A DNA stretch of 64,000 nucleotides from Vicugna vicugna (GCA_013265495.1 MU058423.1:3239061-3303060); one strand, 5' to 3'. Counted from the stretch's first letter, positions 27,202-40,527 are shown. Notes: a model not told the origin generated them from the letters alone. Translations and numbers: made by a program.

Positions 27202-28696
27202 AGATGCCCAGGCCCTGTTCCAAAACTACAGAGTTATAATCTCCAGGGTGGTACCTGGAAATCTGTATGAAGTAATGAGTTCCCCAATTGACGTGGATGC
27301 ACCTAGCTCAGCTCCTGTTCATTCACTGGTGTTTAGGAACAAAAGTGAACTAAACTCAGCCGTCCTCTGTGCGTGCTGTCTGATGCAGCAAATTCCAGTT
27401 TCTGAGATCCATGCCGCTAGTTTGTTTCCTTTTCAAGTACAGATGCTCTAGGGGAATACCTCTTGTCAGTGACACATCATGCATCGCTCATCAGTGTTAC
27501 ACAGAAAGGGAAAGGGACATAGAAAAGGAAGCTTGCTGCTCCCTCCCAGTGTACCTCAAGCCTCACTCCATACTCCAGTTCCCTCCAGGCAGAGTTTTAC
27601 GGCTGTTCCCAACTATAGACATTCTTGGCTCTTGTGCTTCTGGGGAGTGAACACTTCAATTATGTGTGTGTTACACAGGTCCTACTCACATTATCTTTTA
27701 ATAAGGTTACTGGCAGTCGGAGGACAAAGATTTTTTTTAAGTACAACAGATTTATAGGATATATCATTGCCTTTTCTTTACAAAAACTAAAAGAAGCAGT
27801 TACAGTGGGGGTGGGGATGGATACAGCCAATGAGATTGATAGTCTTCCCCACAAAAGATGCGTATGTGTCAGTCTGCCACAGTTTGAGGCTCTTGCCCTG
27901 GCTGTCCCTCCATCTGAAGTCTTTGCTCTTTCAAAAGCATGACGGTAATCCTGCTAGCAACAGGCCAGCCGCTCTGCTCTCCCGGACACTCACACAGAGG
28001 TCTCCTCCCACGATGCTTTGGCTTGGTGAAGCCCTCAAGCGGCTTGGCTTCCTTCTAACTTGAGATGAGGGTGTTTGTTACAACAGGTGGCCCTGGCAGC
28101 TCCTGCTACCGAACTTAGGCAGAAGTTCTGGTGGAGGTTTGTCTTAAGTAAGCACTGTCTGTGTGTGGTGGCTTGATTTCGACCTCTGAAAGTGGAGATT
28201 TCCAGCTCTTGGATGGCTAGAGGGCTGCGTGGCAAGTCCTGGGGTGGATGAAACATCTTTGAAGTCTGCAGTACGTCTGGGTGTGAAATCGCAAAAATTT
28301 CTGCTAAGCAGATCCTCCACATTTCCAGGACTTTCCCAGTGGGCTGGCTCACTCTGGCAGCCTTCCAGAGGAACTTTTCGTTTCATTTCCCTACTGAGTC
28401 CTCTCCGCAGCAGATCCTGAGCTCCTGTGCAGGTGAGGACACACCTGAGCTTGCCCTCAGGAAGTGGAGTCAGAGTTGACCTTCTAAAGGCCAAAAGAGC
28501 TTGTCCTATCCTAAAGGCATTTTGTATTCTAATAGACTTTTCCATCTTTAATCACACTAACAATGAGAAGACTCAGCAAAAGCTATGGGAAGAATTTTTT
28601 AAAGCAAAGGGAAAAACAACTTAGGCTTTGAATCACACCATTTCAATCTAAACTACTCACTAATCGAGTCTCTGTTTTTATCTGTGGCTCACTATG

Positions 28697-28728
28697 TCAT
28701 TCTGCATTTCTCTTCCCTCTGTAAATCA
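28697..28728 (-). CDS. FNDC7: FNDC7 last coding exon (exon 12, 32 coding bp including stop)
   Basis: tcttttcag acceptor, then (V)IYRGKRNAE-TGA; total CDS is 2202 nt = 733 aa plus stop. Confidence 0.93.
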
Positions 28729-29599
28729 CTGAAAAGACAAGGAAGGGAAGAAGACACAAAATACATGAAATATGCAGACACTTTCTTAAATTAAAAAGCC
28801 CTCAAAGGTCTCTGAGATGGAGATTAGCATTTTGATTGGAAATGCTATTTTTGCAGCACGTCACAGCAAGCAAGCAGAAAATTAAGACAATCTGAACTGT
28901 TCAAAGGGCAAGAAGAAGCTGACCAGCAGGTTCTGACTAACCAGGGTGATCTCTCTCCCCCAGAGTCTCTTTGAGCTCAGACTGCTGACTCAGAACAAAG
29001 AACTTCCCTTTCCAGCCCCAGGCCTTTTATTAATTGAGCTTACTCTGGGCCTGTTATTGTGTCCAATGATTTTTATCTCCTTTAAACTTCATACCATCTT
29101 ATGAGGAGCTTGTTCCGATTTTCAGATGAGAAAACTTATGCTTAGAGAGAACTGAAGCAACTTGCCTATGAATAAGTGATAGTGGCAGGATTTGAACCCA
29201 GATCTGTCTTTTAAAAAATCCATTCATGCTGTTGAAAAGCTTTAGGATAACCCAAGGGTCAAGCAAGACCAAAAGTCTTAGACCAACAAGATTCCCAAGG
29301 CTTCCCTTAGAGGATCTGGAGACCCCATGTCAGCCAGGGATCTAATCTGACTAGTGCTGTGTACAGAGAGGAGGACTGCTGAAACTGGACAGTAATTTAG
29401 AATTTTCCCCGTAATATAATGAATTCTATATGATGCAGAAGCCCTAATACTCATTTTTGAGAGTCTTGCAGGATTTCTGTAAGGATCTACTTAAAGAGAG
29501 GGGTCAGATCTCAGGCTGAAGACTGAAGCTTACCAAGGAAGGAAGAAGCAATGATCAGAGCAGCCCAGAGGGACAGAGGAAGGGGAGAGCAGTGACCTA

Positions 29600-29880
29600 G
29601 AGCAGTGCATCTCCAACTCTGAGAGTGTCAGAATCACCTGGGAACCTGACAGGAATACAGAGACCCAGATCTGACCTGCTCAGCAGGTCTGAGCCTCTCC
29701 GTCCCTCATTAGCTCTCCAAGACATTCTGATACACACCAAAGTTCTAGAACTACTACCTAGGCAGTGATCCTCAAACATGAATATGCATATGAATCACCT
29801 GGGGATTTAGTAAATCTGAGTGCGGCCTGAGATTGTACATTCTGAACAAGCTTTCTGGCCATACTGATGAGTAGCAAGGC
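29600..29880. mobile_element. MER5-like hAT DNA element fragments
   Basis: Two cagaatcacctggg / tgaatcacctgggg motifs with cagtg...ctcaaac termini; boundaries approximate. Confidence 0.55.
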
Positions 29881-30501
29881 CTAAGAGTGATGGTTTTCAA
29901 GCATTTTCTTAAAAAAAGTATTTCAACTCTTTCTTTAACAGAATCTTAGGGAAGGCCAGGATTAATACACCACTCGTCTCCTCCTAGGGGCCCCCAAGAC
30001 ACTTCTACTACCCCTCTACGGCTCAGGGGAAACGCTGATTAAAAACAGCCGTAACACAGGAAATGGGTTCCAAGAATGCAGATCTGGGCCCACGCACATT
30101 TCACTGAAGACCAGCGCGTATGGTCATTAGTACTTTGGGAGTTTTTTAAGTAATTTTCTTATATGCAAGTTTCCTCACAGTTTGTTTTTAATAAGCCAGG
30201 TCTGTTTCCCTGTAGTCACTGGAAACAGAAACCCTTTAAAAATTAATAGGGATTATTCTTACTTCAGGCCTGCAGGTGGGGCAAGAATTAGAAAGCATGC
30301 GTTGTCGTGCTGTGCTCAGAGAAGCAATGGATGGGAGAGGAAGCAGAGGACAGGCAGTGAAGACAGATTCTAGAGCCAGTTCCTGCCAGGGGAAGGCAGT
30401 GTTGGAGGGGCGCTGGCCCTGGTGGGGAGGCTGTCTGCTGGGGGTTTACTGGTGGAAGGCTTCAGTTCCACCCACACTCTCTGAAGTCAGCCGTGTTTGA
30501 C

Positions 30502-30526
30502 TGTGTGTGTGTGTGTGTGTGTGTGT
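30502..30526. repeat. (TG)n microsatellite
   Basis: Uninterrupted tgtgtg run of about 12 units. Confidence 0.95.
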
Positions 30527-30864
30527 TCACGTGTCCTGTCTGTACTTCGGGGTTGATAAAATTCTCTGGGGGTCTTCCCAATGCCCCAGATCAAGCAGGC
30601 CTCCTAGAAGACTGTGGCAAAGATTCCCCATGAAGCAGCATGTGCTGCTTACTGGGTCGGCAGCTCTGTGTGATTGTCTCCACAGCCCCACCTGAGAGTA
30701 CTCTCCGTGGGGCACCCAGAACAGCCTAGGCAGGATGAGCCCTGAGCACACTGGGCAGCAGTGAGGATCATCTTTATTCTAACTGCCCTTTCAGCACCCC
30801 TTTTCCTCTGCTGGCCACACCCACCCATGCAAACTGGAAGCAGACATCCTAGCTCTCTGCAGGT

Positions 30865-31220
30865 TGTTAGCAGGTTCTAACACCGGACTATAAAGTGTGG
30901 TTGGACCAGCAGCGTCAATGTCACAGGTATCACCCGGACCGTGTTAGAAGTGCAGAGTCTCAGACATTCCCTGCCCCTACCAATCAGAACCTGGTTTTAA
31001 CAAGGCCCCAGATGATTTATATGCAAAATAAGGTTTGAGCTGGTATGGTCTAAAGTAGCCTTGGCTGCACTTTAGAATCACCTAAGGAGCTTTTAAAAAC
31101 CTGATGCCCAGACTTAGCCCCAGACCAATTAAATCAGACTTTCTGGGGATCGAGCCCAGACATCAATTACTTGTAAGCTCTCAAGGTGACTTATGTAGAG
31201 CAGGGCTGGGAACCACTCTG
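30865..31220. mobile_element. MER5-like hAT DNA element pair
   Basis: ggaccagcagcgtc...ttttaacaag...aggtttgag followed by ttagaatcacct...gggctgggaaccact. Confidence 0.6.
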
Positions 31221-31521
31221 TGAAGTGAGGGATGAAGTAGCTGCCTCTCTCAAATATATTTACATTTTCCTGTGAGACCCTGGAAGACCAAAAAGATTTC
31301 AGAATCAGAGGAATTCATCTTTACTGGGGGAATCTGAGGGGAGACATTCTAGTGGGAGAGAAAAAGTTATGGGAGAGGAGAGCAAGGACTCCTCGCATCA
31401 CAGCAAGCATTTGCCTCTCTGACTAATTGAAGAGTCAGCTTTGATCCTGACTTCATTAAGTCACCCCAAAGAGCAACAACAAAAATTCCTTCCTATTTTA
31501 GCCGTGAGAAAAATGACTTAC

Positions 31522-31551
31522 CCATTCCAAGTGTACTTCCAGAGCAGGTCA
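31522..31551 (-). CDS. FNDC7: FNDC7 coding exon 11 (30 bp)
   Basis: ttacag|TGACCTGCTCTGGAAGTACACTTGGAATGG|gtaagt, translating (V)TCSGSTLGM. Confidence 0.93.
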
Positions 31552-31709
31552 CTGTAATAAATAAAAACACAAGCATTTAAAATGTATTTACTGACATATT
31601 TCACATGGTGAAGAAATAATTTAAGAAAGAATAAAAGGAAAGTGAATCAAGAATGAATAAGAACCAATATGGGTGATAAGAGGAGGAGATACCTGCTAAT
31701 AGCAACAAA

Positions 31710-31870
31710 ACTTGGGCAAATCTCTTTTCTGTGCCTCAGTTTATCTGTAAAGTGGTAATAAGAACGCCAACCTCATAGAGCTGTTATAAGGATCAACTGA
31801 GTTAATACATGTAAAGCCTTTAGAATAGTGTCTGGCACATAGCATTCAATAAATATTAGTCATTATTGTC
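31710..31870 (-). mobile_element. MIR SINE
   Basis: cttgggcaaatc...ctgtgcctcagtttatctgtaaagtgg...cctcatagagctgtt...tctggcacatag. Confidence 0.75.
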
Positions 31871-33605
31871 ATTTACAGTATTGTCCTAGTTATAAGATTA
31901 AGGCATTACTGACATTGGGGGGAAAAAACACTGAGAAGCAAAACCAAAAACTCCCCCAAATGCTTGGTTTTTACCAGGGAGACAGAGCAAAGATAGATTC
32001 CTTAACTTGAGTCTAGACACCCAACTGCTACTAAAATGAAATACAAACAGGCTTGAGCTGGCACCCCACCAAAGGGTTTTAGAGTCCTAACTAATAAACT
32101 ATCAGAGGAATGACTCTCTAAGGGTTGAACTGTGACTATGAAGTAGGAGAAAGAACAAAGATTTCCATCACTCACATACTAGCTGTATGATCATAGACAA
32201 ACACGTAAACTCTTTTATTCATTCTTTTTTAATTTTAAAATATATTGAGCGATAGTTATATGCAAAGTACTGAGAGTCTGTGACATTACCATTTAGCAGA
32301 AATAATACACATTCAACTCATAGTAATATGGTGTGAAAGACAAGGGTGATGTGGAGTCAGGAGGGAGGGAGAAGACGAACTCAGCCTATGAGAACTGGAG
32401 AAGACGTCACAGAAGATCAGAAGTTCCTTTTGGCCCTGAGAAGTCTAAATGCCTGGGCCACCTCCAAGTAGAGATAACAGGTTTGAATATGGACTGAGAG
32501 GCTAGAAGTAGGTAGAGATTTGGGAGCCTCTGAGCCTGTTTTCTCATTTGTAAAATGGAGATAATAAAATCTGCTGAACCTAACTTATAGAGTTATTTTG
32601 AATATTCGGTGAGTTTTGAATGTGAAAACACTTGATAAATTGTAAAACACTGTGCAAATATAAAGAAGTACAATTATTGAGCTGTGGGCTCTTCTTCCTA
32701 AGAGCTCATCCTCACCCCAACAACCTATTCCTGTCCCTTCCCATAGGGTCATCCTTTGGGCCAGCTTGTCCTGTGGACAAGATAATGAAAAAGCAAGGAA
32801 TCAGAGCATGATAGCCAAGGACAGAGAGAACATCCCCTGAAGAGGAACTGGCTTGGTTCCATCACCAGGAGCCATCTAGAACCTTCTTGTCACCTACAGG
32901 TAATTAGAAATTTTAGATTCAGTTTACTAGTAGAGATTTCTGGGCTAATATTTATTCCTCTTCCTATGTTCACCTGCAAAGTTCTAAGGCTCATCATCGT
33001 TTTAAAATTTTATTTCAGAAATATATGAAAAATACACGACTATGCCCTAGGCAAGGGAGCAGAAGGTGCTGGAACACAGAGCAGGAGAATTGCTAATGTT
33101 CTGCCAGCTCTGGTGAGATGGCAGTTGCTGACAGTCATGTTTTGTGATCACAGACTGTCTGCCCACTCATATTTCCAAACCTAGTTTATGATTTATAAAT
33201 TTGTGTCTTTTCTGATCCTCCAAACACTCCCTCAGTCATAAGTCTGAATCTGTGCAGGCTATCAATCATTATCTCTAAGGCTAGGTTAAAAACCTATCCC
33301 CATGTCTCAAAGCAGAAAATCATTTAAAATCTGCTTTACTCTTTAAGCAGCAAACATCTGGCTCTTTTTCTGAAGGAGAAGAGAGGGAGAGGGATGAGAG
33401 GAGTGTCTCCAAATCAAATGACAATAAAGCATCACATTCCAAAGCAGCTTGGGGGTCCCCAGGAGTCAGAATCTGCCAGGAGCATATAGAAACGTCATAC
33501 CCTCTTTGACCTTCTTACATAGCAAATAAGTGTGATTGGTCTGAGTCTTAATTCACAGATTGAATTGAGGGCTAGTTTTAAATAAAGGGCCATAACTTGC
33601 TCTAC

Positions 33606-33866
33606 CTGAATATATTTTTTTTGGACAGAAAGTAAGCTTCAGTCCTGTTTCAGCAACTGGTGAGACCATCACAGTGTATACATCCCCACAGGGTATCTCG
33701 GTGACATCACAGAAACTGAGGCCAGCGCTTGGGGCACACGTGAAAATGCCTTTGGAACCGTGGAGGTCAGTGCTGTAATTGGTAGAGCCCCTGGAGGCCT
33801 GCCAGTGGATCCGGATGCCATTCGGGCCCAGCCTGTATAATTTCACCCCCAACGGGCAGCAGGCAC
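33606..33866 (-). CDS. FNDC7: FNDC7 coding exon 10 (261 bp, FN3 repeat)
   Basis: (S)ACCPLGVKLYRLGPNGIRIHWQ...FCPKKIYS; AG/GT boundaries, phase 1-1. Confidence 0.96.
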
Positions 33867-34454
33867 CTTGAAGGATAAAACAAACACATCACTACTCCAC
33901 CATCACACAAACTGGGCCTCTGTTACTATGGGGAAACAGTGTAAGTAGCTACTCTAAGTAATAAATAGAGCAATATTTGAGGGGACACTCGAGTTCTTTC
34001 CATGGTGAGCCACACAATTAGAAAGCCATGTGCGAGGGTGAGGTGGGGCGTGAGTTTTTAATAGAAAACAACGGTGAGGCCAAAAGTCCACAGTTGGCAG
34101 ATATGTACTCTATATGACTCAGACTTTATGAGTCAAATGCACAGGATCCTTGTCAAGATCCTTCATAATGCCCTACTTTCAGATGATATTGGTGGGATTG
34201 GATTTACATATAATGAACTGCATTCAGCTTTAATTGAAAAGAACTATTTTGCTGAACTGAGTACATGTTGCTGGGCCACACTTCATCCCTGCTAGCTGAC
34301 TAGGTACTTTTCCTTTTCCCTTTTGTGAATACCTTGAGCAGGCTACACATTAGATGTCAAACAGGGCACCAAATGATAGATTACTCAGTAGCTAAAATAA
34401 AGATGTTATTGTATAATAATAAAAAAATTCAGTTACAGATAATCAGGCTCCTTT

Positions 34455-34552
34455 GATTGGTTGGTTGATTTTTATTGGAGGTACTTGGGGTTGAACCCAG
34501 AACCTCATGCAAGCTAAGCATATGCTTTACCACTGAGCTATACCCACCCCTC
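34455..34552 (-). mobile_element. tRNA-Ala-derived SINE (Vic-1-like)
   Basis: ggaggtacttggggttgaacccagaacctcatgc...accactgagctataccc. Confidence 0.85.
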
Positions 34553-35557
34553 CATTTATTTGTTTATTTTTTTAAGATTTTTTAGTGTGAAGATAAGCAA
34601 TGGGCCATACTCCCAGAACTGAATAGCAAGGTGAGAACTTAGGCAGCAAATCTAATGAAAGATAATGAGCCAAAAGAAAGTGTAAACCAGCTTACGTATG
34701 TGTAGCACATTATAAATGCATTCACGTTATGATTATTCTTATTTCTCTTACCAGTGAGGAAGCAGATCAGGAAAGATAAGACAATGCGGCTTAAAAGCCA
34801 CGTATTTAGACTTTATGTGAAGCCCACTCTACTACCTTTGAAATGTCAAAGGTATTAGAAAATCATATTTCAACTCTCCCATCCTACGCCCCGGGGTTGA
34901 TACAACTAATTGGTCATCGCGCTCTTTCCCATTAAGCCTGAAAGGCATTGTCAGGAGTTTTTTCCGAAATAGTGCTCCAAACAGCCACTGCAGCAGACTA
35001 GAATCATACCAGAGAAATCTTATTTGCTAACCCTATACCACTCCCTACTGTCCCCTGCTATTCCCCAGTGGTTTAGTCTTTATGAAGAACAAAATGCAAT
35101 ACTGTCAGTAGACAGTGCTCTTTTAGCCTGTTGAAATAAGAAACCACAGAAGGAGCTGAGTAGTTTAGAAGAGAGAGATAGTAGCATAACAATAATGAGA
35201 AAGAAACAAGTCAAGCCAAGCAGAATGTGTGATCTAAATGCTCTCTGAAGACTCTGCCAGACTGAGTTACTCTGCGCAGCAGGTGGCTGTGTCGTATAAA
35301 AACCCATCCTCCTTTCAGAAAAAGCACACCCGAACCTTGTTGTCAGGGAGTTACTGCACCAACTACCAAGCCTCTGAAGCTTCGAGGTTCCAAGCCGAGA
35401 GGAAAACTGTAAACATTTTAGAAAGTAATCTGAACTTACCATGAAATCCTGGTGGAGATGCAGCAACTTTTTAAACGAGATGGAAAGGCTATGTCTGGAT
35501 CTATAACAATCAAAGTCCTTGTGGACACTCTAGAGCTAGAGGTTAGAATTCACTTAC

Positions 35558-35812
35558 TAGAGGAGTAACTTTGGTAGGCACAGTCCGCAGTCAACCCAGT
35601 GGCACTAATTGCTTTTAATGCCACTGTGTAATTGATGCCACATATGATGCATCCCAGAAGGCAGTGGTTTTGATGAGTGTGACACTTAGACTGTCCAGTG
35701 TGTGACTCCAGAACTGTCATATAGGTTTGGGCCCCGGTCCCAACAGTCCAGCTCACGTTGATGACTGATTGGGTGACTTGAGATACTGTCAGACCAGCTG
35801 GACAGCATGGCA
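35558..35812 (-). CDS. FNDC7: FNDC7 coding exon 9 (255 bp, FN3 repeat)
   Basis: (V)PCCPAGLTVSQVTQSVINVSW...CAYQSYSS; AG/GT boundaries, phase 1-1. Confidence 0.96.
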
Positions 35813-35956
35813 CTTAAATGGGGAAAGAGAAAAAATTGGGGATTTATTTCCATTGAGGGTTTTTTGTGATAAACAACCGAGTATGGTATCTTGCCTGTGT
35901 TTCATTCAATAGCCTAAATTTCTCAGACCTTCAATTGTTAATCAAGATTTCACTTT

Positions 35957-36265
35957 GCAGACACAAATGAACTTATTTATAAAACAGAAACAGAATCACA
36001 GACATAGAAAACAAACTTATGGTTACTGGGGGGGAAGGGAGTGGCAAGGAATAAATTGGGAGTTTGAGATTTGCAGATACTACTGTGTGTAAAATAGGTA
36101 AACAAATTTCTTCTGTATAGCACAGAGAACTATTTTCAATATCTTGTAGTAACCTATAATGAAAAAGAATATGAAAAGGAATATATGTGTGTACATGTAT
36201 GACTGAAATATGCTGTACATCAGAAATTGACACATTATAAACTGACTATACTTCAATTAAAAAAC
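35957..36265 (+). mobile_element. 5'-truncated L1 3' end (artiodactyl type)
   Basis: acaaatgaacttatttataaaacagaaacag...tgactatacttcaattaaaaaa; similar to the L1 3' UTR at 52440-52760. Confidence 0.8.
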
Positions 36266-37310
36266 ATTCCTTTTGTTAAGCAAAATTTTATTCCCTCTGA
36301 TACATCATTTAACATCACTACACATAGTAAATAATTTTACCAGGAACGCAGTGCACTAACTCACTATGGGTAACATGAGGTTCTCCCCAATTTTTTTCAG
36401 AATAAGAAAGCAATCCTTTGCTATCCTCCAGCTTTAGTAATTCCAGTTGCGAATTTCGGAGCAATGATTTCATTCACCTCTTCTCCCAAAATAATATTTA
36501 ATCAAATTTTCAGTTAAATGTATTTTGCCTTTCTCATGCATTTCATAGTATATAACTGATAGAAAAGCTCGAAGTATTCTTAGCTACCTAGGAGTACCAC
36601 AATCAATTCTGAACTTCTCAGGGAACCATTATACGGGATATGGGATATCTAGAATCTTCTTGTGTATTCGGCATTGTCTCTAGTCTGCTGCTTTTTACAT
36701 TTCAACTTTTTAAGTCCAAAGTGCCATCTATTATTGTGTATTAGAGAAAATAATGTCTAAGGGCATTAAGTAATTTGCTCAATTTCGTTCCCACACAATG
36801 CTATGAAGCAATAACAGCTTTCTTTTATCAGGCTCCTTACTATGCATCAGGCCCTACGCTAAGTGCTTTGCAGCATTAATAACTTAATATTCACTACCAC
36901 CCGATGAAGCCATTACCCCTTTTTACCAATTAGGAAACTGAAACTCATAAAGCTTTTCTTAGAGAAAGATTTGAAAGGGCTGAACCAAAGAAACAAAGAC
37001 TAAACCAGCTCACTTGGTCACTTATTAGTTGTTTTGGTAGACTGTGCCGCGGGGAAGATGAATTGAATTAAACGTTTCTGCAGAATGGGGATTGTTCCTT
37101 TGATGTCCGTGTATGAATACATTAGAGCCTTCAGATGATGTTTTTACAGAATCTGTGTTGAAAGTTATCCAAGACTGGGGCTCTTTGAAAGGTCTCTGAG
37201 TTTCATGTGTTTCATCACACTTAGGGTAAATCAAATAAGAAAGCTCGTGTCCTGAAACAATTCCTAGGGCCCGCACGGAGGCCGGGGCTCAGGCCGCGGC
37301 GGCCGCTTAC

Positions 37311-37565
37311 CGGTTTCCAGCGGCACGCTGTAGCTGGGCGGGCTGCGGCCCGCGCGCGTCTCGGCCACGGCGGAGACGGAGAACACGGAGCCGCAGGGCA
37401 GGCCCCCCAGGGCGCAGGACTCCCCGGCGCTGCTGCAACGGTACAGCCCTGCCCCTCCCTGGGCCGTCACCGTGTATGTAGCGTCATCATTAGTGGGTCG
37501 CCAGCGCACGTTAATCACGGAAAAGGCATCCTTCGAAACATTTTTGATTTCGGGACTGCAAGGAG
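37311..37565 (-). CDS. FNDC7: FNDC7 coding exon 8 (255 bp, FN3 repeat)
   Basis: (A)PCSPEIKNVSKDAFSVINVRW...SYSVPLET; cag acceptor, gtaagc donor. Confidence 0.96.
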
Positions 37566-37671
37566 CTGAGAGATTTTAGATTATGAATTGAAACAGTCAA
37601 AGTCAAAAACCTCACATGTGCCATTTGCTCTAAAACTGATTTTTCCCCCTGAAATGAGATCATTATTACTT

Positions 37672-37779
37672 CCTTTATTGTTATTATTTATTTAATGGAG
37701 GTGTGGGGAGTTGAACCCAGGACCTCATGCATGCTAAGCATGCGCTCTTACCACTGAGCTATACCCTCCCCCTACTCCC
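37672..37779 (-). mobile_element. tRNA-Ala-derived SINE (Vic-1-like)
   Basis: SINE body with TSD cattattactt (37661-37671 / 37780-37790). Confidence 0.88.
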
Positions 37780-38288
37780 CATTATTACTTTCTTTATTTT
37801 TAAATTTTTTTAAAATTGAAATATATTACTTTCGATTAGACCATGCATGAAGGCCAAATTCATAGAGCCTTTGTGTGGAAACCTTTTTGACATTGACATG
37901 TGGTGCTGGGTTCTCCCAGAGTCCGACTAAATGGAAAATGTTAAGGAGCCCTTTGAACTCCAAAAGCAAAAATAATTAAGACAAATATTTATGGTCTTAA
38001 CTTCATGGTGTGAATACAGGCAGGTTCCCCAAAGGTAGGAGGAAGTGGATGGCTGAGGTAACCACTCGCAAAACCTTCTACTCTCCGCATGGTCTCCTCT
38101 TCTGTTTCCTTTTTGTCCTCTTTCCCCCTTCTGCCTCTCCTCAGTAAGACAGGGGCTTTCAGGGTCCCTGTACAGGGTGGTTAATGGCAGTTAGCCTTTT
38201 TATGGTTCTTGCTGAGTGTCCTTCCCGAGGGACACAACTGGGGTGAGCTGTGGAGACATCGGTGAATGAAATCTTCACTGCATCATAC

Positions 38289-38546
38289 CTGTGGTTATAA
38301 ATCGGGAAGTACATGACAGGTTGCTACCCCGGACCTCGCTGAAGGAGTACACTGTGATGTTGTACTCGGTGTCACACTCTAGAGAAGAAAGGGTGCAAGC
38401 CGGAGCAGTGTCATTGCACTCAACCACGTTGAACCCATCTACGGCCTTGGTTTCATAGAGTTCGGCACCACGGACAGGGGACCACACAATCTCTACTCTG
38501 TCGCTGGACACCAACACAGGGTTAATGTCACTTGGACAACAGGGGG
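38289..38546 (-). CDS. FNDC7: FNDC7 coding exon 7 (258 bp, FN3 repeat)
   Basis: (A)PCCPSDINPVLVSSDRVEIVW...TSRFITT; AG/GT boundaries, phase 1-1. Confidence 0.96.
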
Positions 38547-40062
38547 CTGAAAGCAGGAGCAGAGAAGATGAAATCAGTACAGGAGCTGTGCAGTCAGAGC
38601 GAGCATTGAGTCCTGACCTCCCTGTGCCCAGAGCCTCTGCCCTACCCTCCTAAGTCACAGAAGAATCTCCTACAGATCTATCCAGCTCTGACCCTGGCCT
38701 AATACCCACGACATAGAGGATAAATTCTCTATGCATGATATTCAAGGTTATTAAAAGCCATACCCAGTTGACATGTGCAGCTGTGTCTCCCCCACCCCTG
38801 TCACAACAGACTCCTCAATTCCCCACCCAACTTGTGCTTTTATTTCCCTAGACCTCAAAGACTGTGTCCCCTCTCCTGGAATGCTGTTCCCTCCTTCTGC
38901 CTGACAAAGTCGTATTTAGTCTCACTCCTAGATCTTATCAGTCCTTCCAGACACTAAACTAGATAAAACTGGGGGCAGAGTAGAGGAGGAAGCATTATAT
39001 TTGTAGGTTTTAGAAATGACTCTACAATACCTCACAGACAAATTCTGACAAATGTCTCACTCACATGGAGTTTCTCTGGAATGCTGTTACCCCACTTACA
39101 TTCCATCCATCCTTAAAGATCCAGCTCAAGGCCACTCCCTCTGGAAGGCCCTCCTATGCCCTTGAGATCTTATTGCTAGTCTCTTCAAATTCCAAAGCTA
39201 CGAATTATTTGATTCCTTCATCCTGGTAAAAATGTATTGTAATCCAGCTAGCATTGTTGTTTATATAATTATAGCATTCTTATTTGTCAGTAGAGCAAAT
39301 TGATTGTGAGCCACTCACTCCATTCCTTCTCTAAAAATCAAGCATCTCCCTTACACCAATCACACTATGATAAACATTCAGGGTGAAGAGATAAATAAGA
39401 CATAATCCCTGCCCAATAGAAGACCCAAGCCTAGTGGAGGAGAATAATAGGAACAGTAATAATGAAGCTAATAAAAATATTTGCATTGTGCTTTTCTCAC
39501 ATACAAAGACCTTATCATATTCACAGTCTCATTATTATCTGTCCCTTTCTATTTTGCAGTGGAGGATACTAAGGAACTTGGCAAGGAAGAAGTCATTACA
39601 CCCATTTTATAAATGAATCGGTGGTCAAGTTAGGACTTAAACTCAGGTGTCCTGCTCCAAAGCCCTCCACACCATGCAGCATCTTTGCCATTGTATCTGT
39701 CTTCTGGGCCTGGGGAAAGAGTGCGCTGTGGGACATAAGGATTGCATCCTTTTCAGCAGCCAGCACAGGGCTGAATGGTGAGTGGATCTTGGTGGAGGGT
39801 TCCATTTTTCAGAGCAAGGTTGAATAACAACTTTCTTTCCCCTCTTTTCATTCCTGAACCTTGCATCTTGTTAAGCTTGAGTCTATGAAATCCAAATTTT
39901 CTAGTCTGGAAAGAATGTGAAAGAAGAGATTCCCTTTCTGTTCTTGGCCCTAGAATGGCTCCGGGGTGGTCTATGTAAGTCAATTAGTGCAACAGGTGAT
40001 CCATTCTGCTGCTGAATTTAGTGAACTCAGAATTCCCTTTACAAGCATCAGATGCAACTCAC

Positions 40063-40317
40063 CTGTGGTGTAATTAAACACATCACCCAGAGGACTCTGC
40101 CCTGCCTTGTTATAAGCAAAAACACTAATAAAGTAAGTGAAGCCACACTCAGACAAGAAATTGCACTGGGTGAGGGAGGTGTTGCAGTGTACTTCCAAGC
40201 CATCATCACTCTTCACAAAGGCCACGTAGTAATCACCCAGCTCTACACTGGACCAAGCCACAGACAGGTGGCCAGGGTGATCTTCTTGGATTGTCACTCT
40301 TCCAGGTGCACAAGCAA
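40063..40317 (-). CDS. FNDC7: FNDC7 coding exon 6 (255 bp, FN3 repeat)
   Basis: (V)ACAPGRVTIQEDHPGHLSVAW...DVFNYTT; tag acceptor, gtgagt donor. Confidence 0.96.
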
Positions 40318-40527
40318 CTAGGAAATGATACATAATAAACAGTTGTGAGAGTATGGCAAGAGATTTTCTTTGCACCACTACATAGTAACTTTCCACTAAA
40401 TGTTATTTCTTATCCCCTAAACACACAAAATTTCTAAATTGAAGTGTAAACCTCTACATATGTATATCTTTACCTCTTTGATAGGCATAAGAATGAAAGT
40501 GGGACATCCAAACACATATTCAGAACT

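Noticed and set aside
29397..29425. Alternative candidate for the FNDC7 last exon (EFIILRGKF-stop)
   Set aside because: Poor polypyrimidine tract; 28697-28728 gives VIYRGKRNAE with a strong acceptor and the expected protein length.
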